Shown: piece by piece, positions 50,271 through 60,510 of the stretch
How positions within the stretch are numbered: the first letter of the stretch is position 1
Layout of the letters: each line of letters starts with the position of its first letter
Assembly (NCBI RefSeq): GCF_004010195.1
Contig: NC_057720.1
Coordinates: 30,744,831-30,808,830, forward strand
Direction: 5' to 3'
Length of the DNA: 64,000 nucleotides
From: Chiloscyllium plagiosum
Lineage: Eukaryota
The notes under the pieces: generated by a model
Told to the model about the DNA's origin: nothing
Seen by the model: only the letters and a program-made list of their open reading frames with translations
Databases searched by the model: none
Translations under genes and position numbers: made by a program

Positions 50271-51715
50271 AATAGATTTCCTTCAGTACATATTCTTCAG
50301 CAGGCAATTAATATTTATGGCATGAGACAGTGGCAGAGACAGAGAGTAGCTGTTTACCTGAGTAGCAGCAAATTTACAACCCATTTTTTCTGGGGCTTGG
50401 GGAAGGGTGAGCTTCAAATTCAACTAATAAGAATCTGGAATCGGAAGTCTCAGGATCGATGGCAATGAAACTATAAAGACAGTTTTAAAAATTCATCAGA
50501 TTCAGTAACATCCTTTTAAAAAAAAGCGTTGTCCTTCCCACAACTACATAGTTGACTCTTTACAGACCTATAGAACATTCAACATTACAGTTCAGAAACA
50601 GGCTGTTTGGCCCACCATGACTACGCTGATGAAATTGCTTCCTAAACCACTCACTTAAGGCAATCATGATGGGCAACAAATATTGGCCTTGTCAGTCATA
50701 CCCACATACCCTAAAACACAGAAGAAAAATGTGCAGAAACAGATGTTGGAAATCTATAATAAAAATTGGAAAATATTGGAGATATTCAGTCTCCATACAG
50801 AAACAGTTAATTTTTCAGAATAACAATCTTCTAATGGAATTGGAAAAAGTAGAGATGCCATAAGTGAAAGTTTCACATTTTACTCAGAGAAAAGGAAAAA
50901 ATTAGGTAGATTCTACTTGAAATTGGACCATTGCAAGTAGAAGTCAATGCCTTTACATTTAAGTTGTGGCATTCAATTGCTGCATTTTAACATATGTAAC
51001 TGTTTTATATTTTGCATACATTTTCATTGTGCAATCAAGGTCACCATCATCTTAGGTCCCCTTCAACTATCATTCACAAAATACACAGGGGTTTAATGAT
51101 TAACTTGGAGAGCAATGAAATTTTGCTTTCATTGCCAACAGTTTATGTGTGAACAAAGTAAATAGTGTTGTATACCTGGCATTCAGAAAGATGATTTTAG
51201 AATTGATTTTTTAGGCTTGAGGAAACATGCACAGCGAATTTGGAAAAGATTTGTTTGGTTGGAAACATGCACAGCTTGGAAGAAAGCTTTTAATTTCAGA
51301 TTGGAGTAGATTTGCAGAAGTATTTGCTGAAGCTGCATGGTTCCAGACTAGAAGAGTTTACTTAAAACTTTGAAGGGGTTATACGAACCTGAGAAAGTCT
51401 CAACTCAGTTATATGCTGAATCAAGGAAAATGTCATCAGAACATGATCACCAGGAATTGCGGCCACAGCTAAATCAAACCCCAAGTAGAATAGAGAAAGG
51501 AATTCTCTTTGAAGTTTAGGTGCTGTAATAGGATGAGGTTGAGAATAATGGAGTTCTATTTTCATAGTGTGTTTTAAAATTTTTAAATGTGTTAGATGTA
51601 AAATGCCTAGTTTATTCTATTTTGTCTTCACTTCTTTTGCACAATAAATTTTTGTTTTATTGTTAGAACTGAAGCTGCAGCATTGCATATTTGAATTTCA
51701 CTAAAAACACAAGAC

Positions 51716-52728
51716 AAGTCATGGGGACAGTGCTGAGCTGGAAGTTTGGAACTAGGGCGAGGTGTGTGAAAGGGAAATGAGGAAACTGTTGAAGTCCACA
51801 TTGATGCCCTGGGGTTGAAATATTCCAAGGTGGAAGATGAGGCATTCTTCCTCCAGGCGTCTGGTGGTGAGGCAGCGGCGAAGGAGGCCCAGGACCTCCA
51901 TGTCCTCGGCAGAGTGGGAGGTGGAGTTGAAATGATGTGCCACAGGGCGGTGTGTTTGATTGGTGCGGGTGTCCCGGAGATGTTCCCTAAAGCGCTTTGC
52001 GAGGAGGCATCCAGTCTCCTCAATGTAGAGGAGACCGCATCGTGAGCAACAGATACAATAAATGATATTAGTGGATGTGCAGGTAAAACTTTGATGGATG
52101 TGGAAGGCTCCTTTAGGGCCTTGGATGGAGGTGAGGGAGGAAGTGTGGACGCAGATTTTGCAATTTCTGCGGTGGCAGGGGAAGGTGCCAGGACGGGAGA
52201 GTGGGTTGTAGGGGGGCGTGGACCTGACCAGGTAGTCACGGAGGGAACAGTCTTTGCGGATGGTGGAAAGGGGTGGGGAGGGAAATATATCCGTGGTGGT
52301 GGGGTCTTTTTGGAGGTGGCGGAAATGTCGGCGGATGATTTGGTTTATGCGAAGGTTGATAGGGTGGAAGGTGAGCATTTTGTCCTTGTTATGGTTGGAG
52401 GGGTGGGGTCTGAGGGCGGAGGTGCGGGATGTGGACGAGATGCGTTGGAGGGCATCTTTAACCACGTGGTAAGGGAAATTGCGGTCTTTAAAGAAGGAGG
52501 CCATTTGGTGTGTTCTGTGGTGGAACTGGTCCTCCTGGGAGCAGATCCGGTGGAGACAGAGGAATTGGGAATACAGGATGGCATTTTTGCAAGAGGTAGG
52601 ATGGGAAGAGGTGTAATCCAGGTAGCTGTGAGGGTCGGTGGGTTTGTAAAAAATGTCAGTGTCAAGTCGGTCGTCATTAATGGAGATGGAAAGGTCCAGG
52701 AAGGGGAGGGAGGTGTCAGAGATGGTCC
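51716..52728 (-). mobile_element. Penelope-like retroelement fragment (Neptune-like): RT thumb, Cys linker, GIY-YIG endonuclease
   Basis: ORF 51752-52504: PCHRRNCKIC..FTCTSTNIIYCICCSRCGLLYIEETG..RFREH..VAHHFN..PQGIN; GC-rich, CpG-retaining. Confidence 0.9.
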
Positions 52729-53465
52729 TGTTTAATTATGGTCAATTATGTTTAATTATGTAGCTGCACATAGCAAAAAGTGAGATTGAACAACATATGG
52801 CCCAAGACTAAGCTTAAATATTGTATGACCTGCTACAAATTTGTGAAGATCTTTGAAGAGAAACAGTTTATTTCATTTGAAGACATAGTTCTTTGTTCTA
52901 GAGTATATAATATGGACGTGCCAACTGAGGTAACTGACCCTCCTATCTTAGTAGTCATAAAAGTTAGTACATTAACAGGGAAAAGATGTAAAGAAAGGGA
53001 TGTAATTATAAATCTAATACCTTGGGAACCAGTCAGGAAGTAGTACAAAGTGATGTCTGTAAGGTGACCATCATCCTTAATAGAAAACAAATCAAATTGG
53101 GCACAAACTGCCTAGCCAGTGAGAGATTAATTATGTGTTGTTCATGTATTGTTAAGTTAATTAATGCCACAGATCTCACACAGTGGTCACAGTTAGCAAG
53201 GGTTAATAAGCAGTCACCTTTAGTGATTAGGTACTCAGAAGAAATTACAACAAGAGAATGTCACTAAACAGATCAAAAGACATCTGTCTGGTCTGTCAGA
53301 AGTAACATGCTGGTGTCCCAAAGTGCATCAACTGAACCACTGATTAGATCATTGTTTTGTAGTTACTGTATTGCAATAAAGTATAAATTTTGTGCAATAT
53401 GTGAAAGCAAATGTGGACCCAGAATGGTCTTGTACCCAGATGGGACTGAAAATCTTAGAAAACAT

Positions 53466-54062
53466 TGCTACTCACAGTGTGGTCTCCGCTACACTGGGGA
53501 GGTGAAACACAGATTGGGCGACCGTTTTGCTGAACATCTACATTCTGTCTACACAAAGGAGACCAAACTTCCAGTTGCCTGCGACTTGAACACACCACCA
53601 TGTTCCCTGGCCATCATCTCGGTCTCAGGCTCGCGACAGCTCCGCAGCAAAGCTCAGCGCACTCCAGAAAACAGTATCTCATTTTCCGCCTGGGGATGAT
53701 GCAACCTTCCGGATTCAATATCAAGTTCAATAATTTTACGGTCTAAACACCTTCTTCTGTATTCTTACACCAATCCCACAAACCTGTCCTTGTAACATGG
53801 GCTGTTACCACAACTAACCCACTGTCAGTTGCTAATGGTCCCCAATAGCAGATATTGATTCTTCCAGCTGACTATTAGCCATTCCTTTGTCTGCTCAATT
53901 GCTGTTCTCTCTCGCTCTAAACACCATCTCCACCTATCGTTTACTCCTCACTCACTCCCCGTCCATCTTCTGCATAAATAACAACCTTTTCCTAGCTACA
54001 ACCAGTACTGAAGGGTTACTGAACCTGAAATGGTAACTTTGCTTTCTCCTCAGAGATGCTGT
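53466..54062 (+). mobile_element. Older Penelope-like GIY-YIG 3' fragment with terminal-repeat remnant
   Basis: CYSQCGLRYTGEVKHRLGDRFAEHL..PVACDLN; degenerate ctgaag..cctgaaatggtaact at ~54008-54038. Confidence 0.75.
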
Positions 54063-55129
54063 TGCCCCCTCCCCCCGCACATTTGATACCCCACTGCCTT
54101 CCATCACCACTCACTTTCTTCAAAATAATGCCACATGATCTTCTACATTCAACTGAGCCTTGAGGCATGGGGCTGGATTTAACAATTCATCCAAAAGATA
54201 GGGCACCACGCGCCCACTACTGCCTGGAGTGTTAGCCTTGAATTGGGTACTCAAAACCTGAAGTGAGGTTTTAAACCTGGAATCCTGTGAGCTGAACCTA
54301 ACGCTTCAAGTGGCTTATGTTAATTTAAATAGTTGACAAACCACGTTGATTACACAGCCATGCAGTCCAACTTATTCATCAATAATTAACCATTGTTCCA
54401 TCAGCCCAAACCAGAAAGCTCACAAAGTTCAAACAGACTAAATGTAAGGAAGCAACAAAGATAAAAAAAATCCAAGTTTCTACAATTTAGGTCAATTTTA
54501 AGCTGCAAAAGCTCACAGGTCATTGTTTAGATGCCGACATCATCTGAAGCACAGTTCATTACGTGCTAGTCATTATTCTTCATCTGTGACCACAACATGA
54601 ACGCGTACAGGCTCTTCAATCAAAAACTCTTCATCACAACTGATTGGTTAGCAATCTGAGGCTAAACTGCATTCTCCTCCCTATCACCTCATTGGTTCCA
54701 AAGCCAAATGTAACATCCCAATTTCTAACTTCGATAAGATCAGTTACTCAGCATAGACTCAGGAGTCAAACCTACCATCTTTGTGAGTACTACTCCAGAC
54801 TGTGTCATAGTTGCATTACATTTAATTCAAACAAATCTGCCAAATGGCAAAACCAAATCAGGAAGTAGTCAACAGAAATCTAAAACTGCCCATTCTTTCA
54901 ACACATCAGACTTCCTTTCAGGCATTTTATGTTCAGTATGTAATTTAATGGCTTATTTATACCCTGTCCGACACATGGGTCTTGATACTCCATATTCAGA
55001 GCTGTTTCTCAACACAGTTTAAAACACATCTGCTTTTTTTGATGAGATCAGAGATGAATTCACACAATTGTTTACTAAAAAAAAAACAAATACAAATGTC
55101 TTAAGGTTTTTTTTGTTTCTTCATTTTCA

Positions 55130-57200
55130 GATCAAGAAAGAAAAAACAAATGGAACAAAGTGAAAGAGTAAATATGCTGCAAATCAAATATCACTAAAAC
55201 AGAGAGACAGGGAGATGATAAAAGATGATGAGATATTAACAATGGTGATAGAGGAGGAGAAAAAGAAAACATAGGATTACGACGACATTTAAAAAGATAA
55301 AGAATGCATGCTGGGTTGCTAAAGAGAAATGGTTTAATAAAATATATGCAGTGTGGAAGCTTGAAAGAAACCACAACATAACAGCTATGCAAACGTGCAT
55401 TTGGCCAAGATATTTCTTGAAAATACAACTCTGATTGAGATGTATTAGAAATTGAATCATGCAGTTGTGAAGTATTTTGGTTCGACATCTTGAGACTCTA
55501 CCATAACAGAAAGAAAAAGATAACAATAGATAGTGGGTGCATAAATTTTATTCAAAACATATGCAATGGCAAAAAGATGGATAAATTACAGAAATTAATT
55601 GCAGAATGATTAAAATTGAAGGCATCCTCAAGATGTGGAGGAAAAGTAAAAATAAATCATTACGATCTCAGTAGCAAAGAAAGCTTTGATATTGATGAGT
55701 ACAGAAAAAAACTCCATATAGATCAATTAACAACAGAACAATTAAAGGTTCTTGGACAAACAGAACTAAAAGTGATAACAGACATTTAAGATCAGAAATA
55801 TACCATAACATAAATGATAAATGTCTCAAGTCATTTGGAATGTAAGTTACCTATAAAAAGCTATAGAAGTAAAATGCAATAAAAGCTATGAACTTGTACG
55901 GTACATCAAAATTATGATTTTCAAGATCAATTCAAAGAGAACCAATAGGGATTCTTATGGGGCAGTGATAATGTCTGTACCTCTGAGCCAGAAAGTCTGA
56001 GTTCAAGTCCCACCTACTCCAGAGTAGTCAATCACATCTCTGAACAGGTTCAATAAAAATACCTAAAGAGAAATAGTAATAACTTTGAAGCAGATAGAAG
56101 TGAAATGCATCATGAATTTTGACCTGGAGTAGTAACAAAAGAGGGAATATTTGACTTAATGACAGTCTTTGATAAATATTTAAAGTATACAAGAATATGT
56201 ACATATGCTTCATAAACTATGAAGGAGGATTTGGTTGTGTTTACCAACAAAAGCTAATGGGCATGTTGCTGAAATGTGACTGACAGGAAAGATTTGAAAT
56301 GTACACAAAGCTTATATTGGGACAAAGTCTTAATCATCAGGCTAGATGATGAACAATCAGGTGTGTTTCAGAAAAGTAGTACAGCAGTGCTATGTATTGT
56401 GGCCAAATTTATTTAATCTATACACAGAACAAATATTCAGAGTCAAATGTACCTGGGGAAAAAACAGAGACATGTACATAAATATGCTACTTGAGTATCA
56501 GAAGTGGCCTTTCAAATACCATAGACCAGACAAAATGTAGAAGCCTAGAATACGGATTAAGTACAAGCATCAAAAAGATAAATTCAATAGTAGGACATAC
56601 GTTAGAAGAAACTAGAATGGAGTGGATGATGTCACATTCAAACAATGAGATCAGTTTGTCCACAGACAAATGACAGCATAGGTTGGTGGACGTTGTGCCA
56701 AGTCAGGAGGATAAGATAGCCAGATGTAAATTGATTAAGGTACAGGATATGTTAACAACTGGAAAACTTAAAATGCAAAACATGGAAAACAACTTGAGAT
56801 TCTACATTCTTAAGACCCACTTAACCTTTAGATTTCGAAAGAATACAGGAAAAATTTGTGGAAGAAAACCGGCTTTTGCAAGGAGGATGGTAAGATACAC
56901 AAAAGTTGCACACAGTCCATATGACAAAAAAATGTATATTGATATTGCAGTAGCAAATCAAACTCTTAAAAAGTGATATCCAGAAAAGAAAAGTTCAATA
57001 CTTCAGCCGTTTAATCAGGCCCGAAAAGCTACAGAAACTCTTTGGAGGACAAAGTGAAGGATAACAGAAACAGGCTTCGACCTAGATGGTGGATGGAACA
57101 GATCAGTTGCAGACAAGCTACAGTGGGTGAAAGTGGATAGTGCAAGGCAGATTAGTGGAATGTATAATGATGCAGACCTTCTGGCAAGAGTAGCTACAAG
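55130..57200 (+). mobile_element. Highly decayed RTE-like LINE with a short SINE inserted (~55958-56070)
   Basis: VVQQCYVLWPNLFNLYTEQIFR (RQGCxLSPxLFNLY-like), YGLSTSIKK; A-rich plus strand. Confidence 0.55.
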
Positions 57201-59816
57201 GAAAGACAAAGAAACAGTGAGAGAAAGACTGATAAAAAGGAAAAAAAAGAGAGAAGAGAGCATGCAAGAGCTGTTTTTGTAAGTATCACAAGGTATACAC
57301 CGAAAGGAAGGACATAATTATAGAATCATACAGAAAGAGACCCTTGAGTTTGTATTGCCAAAACCACACTAAATCTATATGAGCCCCAACTTTCAGCACT
57401 AGGTCCACAGCCTTGGATGTAATGATATTTCAAATGCTTATCTGTATTTTTTAAAGGTTGTAAGGTTATCCACCTCAACAACCTTCTCAAATAGTGCATT
57501 CCAGACTCCTGCCCACTCTCTAGTAAAAACTTTAATAATGATTGCTATGACTAACTTAATGTATTGCAGCCATCTGGCAAAAATTATATTGAAATTGCAA
57601 CAGCAAATCAAATTTTAAAAAGTGACATCTCAAGAAGAAAATGTCAATATTTCATCCATTTGATTAGACCTGGAATGCTACAGAAACTCCAGTATTCCCT
57701 TACAAGTCTCAATTACATTCCAACTCTAACTAGAAAGAATAAACTTGGCACATTTTAATGACTTCAGGTTGTTTTTGTGAAGACCTTTGGGACTAAGTGC
57801 TTATGAAATATAGTCCCTATTAATTAGGTAAGTGCTCAGATAATTTACACACAGCATTCTTCCTCAGACAGGAGCATCAAGCAAGTTTTTATTTGAAATT
57901 ATCTTGTCTCTTGGATGAATATTGGCCTGAGCATCACAAGAACTCCCAAACTGTTCTTTCGGTAGCATCACAGAAACTTTCAGATGAACGAGGTTGTCAA
58001 GATAAATCAGTTAAATGTCTCATCTTAAAGATGAGATCTCACAGTGCAGCACTCGCCATTATTTCAACGTTGATTATCTGCTCAAATCTCTGTTATGTCT
58101 CTGCTTCCAAATTAACAATGTGCTCAATGACTCAATTGGTAAACTGAACATTTTTCCAGTCATTTTCATCACTGACTTTAAAGTATAGGTTAGATACAAC
58201 AGGATTGCTATATTACTCCGATATTTCTTTAACCCTGTTTTCACAAGACATAGAAGAAAATCATGCATCTTATTTGTAAAGCCACTGTGGCACCTTTGGT
58301 AAAATCAGAAATGAATGATACCCAACTGAATCAGTGAATTCTATTTGCAAGACATATTTACCAGTACAACAGCATCCAAGAGACTGGGCACTCATTGTCT
58401 GACACATCACATGCACAAACTTTCATTCTCTCACACTGTCAGTTCAATTCATGGTCACACACTCACCTTGAGCTCAGACCATTTCAATGCTGAGTCCAAA
58501 ATATGACTAACACACCAGATATTAGAAAATGTGTCATATTGTCACAGCTGTCATTTTTCATGAGACATTAAAGAGGGTCAATTTTTATTCTCAGGGAGCT
58601 ATAAAGATCCTACAACATAGTTTTGAAGAATAACTGGGACATTTCTTGCCAGTGTCCTGCCCAATACATAACCCAAAAACAACATTACACAGGCAGATTA
58701 CCTGATCTGTATCAAATTGTTTTGGCAGTTTTCTGCATGTAAATTGGATGCTGCATTTCCTACTTACAATAGTGACATTTTCAATTGTTGCCCAGATGTC
58801 GTGAATGGTGATAAATCAATGCAAGTATTTTACTTAATTATTTTTACCATCTTAGGAAACAAAATGCTGAAGCTTCACACTGTACTTTCAATCTCAGTCA
58901 CTGTTAACCTCATGGGCAAAAACAATCTATTCGACTCACTCTCATCTTAATGGACAGAATCTGCAAGTTTACTAAAAAGGTTTATTCAATAGCCACAACT
59001 GAACTAGCTTATCTTCATTAGGGTCATAGCATGGTCTTTGCGTTTAAATTTTGTGTCTCCAATGAAAGGAAGTCAGCAGATTGCTGCTCAATTTCACTAC
59101 ACCCCTAACTGTAGGTGTTTGGCAACTAAGCAATTTTGAATTTCTGACAGGATGGTGGAACAACTTGCCATCATTCAGCAATTATTTATATGTGCAGGAG
59201 TAAACAAAAACTTGCCAGCCAGCATCTACGATTTTAAGTGTCTATGAACCAGTGCTCTGAAAGAGAGAATTAAAACCATCCACATGGATTACCGTTTAGT
59301 CCATGGGAGATAATCAATGTTTTGAGCCAAAAACAGCTTTTCTCTGCTTTCTAGCTGATATCAGTGGACAAACACATCCAGAGTTGACTTGCAGGCAAGA
59401 GTACGGAAGTTTCTAATTTTAAAAAATAAGATCTAGTCTATAGAAAATTCAAAACTGATACGTTGTATATATTGGTCCTTCAAAAATTATATACAAATAT
59501 GCATCACTCCCAGCACAGTACTAACATACTAACGTGTAAATCACCTCGTGAATTCTTGTCTCGGTTTGATTCTATTTTTTGTGAAAGTGACAGATAATGT
59601 CCCTCATCAAGTGATATTGTAAAATTGTGTAATAAACAGAAAACCAGAAGTTCTTATCTCACCGGTTCTTCTATGAATAGTAGCAACATGATTCGGAGAA
59701 CGAAGCCGAAAGAACCTGTCGGACTATCATTATGCCACTTTGTTTCCATGAGAGTCTGGAAATCACCGGAGTACCAGTGATGTAGCCCACACTCTCATCA
59801 ACGCAGGAATCCTTAC

Positions 59817-60137
59817 CTCCACCTCTACCACCTCGTCGTAGGCGGGTGGAGGGTCGAATCCACTCCGGTTGTAATCCCCTCCACCCACACCGCGGGAGCC
59901 GGTGCTACCTCCTCCCCCTCCTCCACCACCACCGCCGCCGCCGCCGCCTCCCCCTCCTCCGACCTGGCGATCGCCACTCTCCATGGGCTCGTAGCCGAGA
60001 CCAGGGCTCTCGTTGGTAAGGAGGGCCACGGCCTCGTTGATGTCGTTCTTGGCCATGCGGAGCGCCTTGCGGATGGCGGCGGGCTCCGAGAAGCCCATGC
60101 ACAGCAGCGTCGTCATGTGCTCTTCCTCCACGTCCAT
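59817..60137 (-). CDS. USP24: USP24 exon 1 coding part (107 aa; UBA domain, poly-Gly)
   Basis: ATG in gccaggATGG context; MDVEEEHMTTLLCMGFSEPAAIRKALRMAKNDINEAVALLTNE...FDPPPAYDEVVEVE; donor GTAAG at 59816. Confidence 0.96.
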
Positions 60138-60510
60138 CCTGGCAGACAGAGCCTGTCACTTCAATCCCGCTCTCCCATAGAGACCGTCCTGTTACAACCC
60201 TCTCAACCCCTCCTCCCCCACAGCCTCAGGCTGGCTGGCTGACTGACTGAAAGCACTCAGTGCGGCCGCTCAACCCCTCACTCTGAGGTAAGTGAAAAAT
60301 TCCTCGCCGGCCTGTCAGTTCGCTCAACTAAAACTCTTGTGCAGCCTCCGGGCCACCCGGCGCCATGTTGACAAGAAGCTGCTTCCGGTTCCTACTTTGC
60401 CGATGGAAGCCGCGCCCATTCCGCCGGAGGTGACGCACATGGCGATCTCTGCTGCCATTTTGGTGAGGTCGCTGCCTGTTGGCCGGTGGATGGAGGGACT
60501 GCGATGGTGC
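59830..60510. promoter_or_regulatory. CpG island / TATA-less promoter of USP24
   Basis: GC- and CpG-rich block in otherwise AT-rich, CpG-depleted DNA; YY1-like CGCCATGTT (60361-69), ACATGGCG (60437-44), GCCATTTT (60454-61); ETS CCGGAAG (minus, 60382-88); half-CRE TGACG (60431-35). Confidence 0.8.
59907..59960 (-). repeat. (GGN)18 coding trinucleotide repeat, poly-Gly
   Basis: GGA GGA GGG GGA (GGC)5 (GGT)3 GGA GGA GGG GGA GGA GGT. Confidence 0.95.

Larger units (their letters stand above)
6504..60137 (-). other. USP24: USP24 gene, 5' portion (16 coding exons, 639 codons: N-terminal UBA domain and helical region; catalytic USP domain lies outside the window)
   Basis: 16 exons with AG/GT boundaries splice into one stop-free 1917-nt frame that matches vertebrate USP24 as recalled (MTTLLCMGFS..., IEFPTTNLYELESR, PHFSAKMNSLKE, WVVPALRQLHEITRSFIKQ). 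Confidence 0.96.

Noticed and set aside
51628..52735. Overlapping 203-aa and 214-aa ORFs
   Set aside because: Alternative or antisense frames of the GC-rich Penelope fragment
52780..53290. Possible coding remnant of an unknown element (also 62330-63200)
   Set aside because: Short interrupted frames with no motif I can recognise; would need a translated homology search
59905..60159. Arg-rich 84-aa overlapping ORF in exon 1
   Set aside because: GTG start, and explained as a shifted frame of the GC-rich exon and Gly repeat
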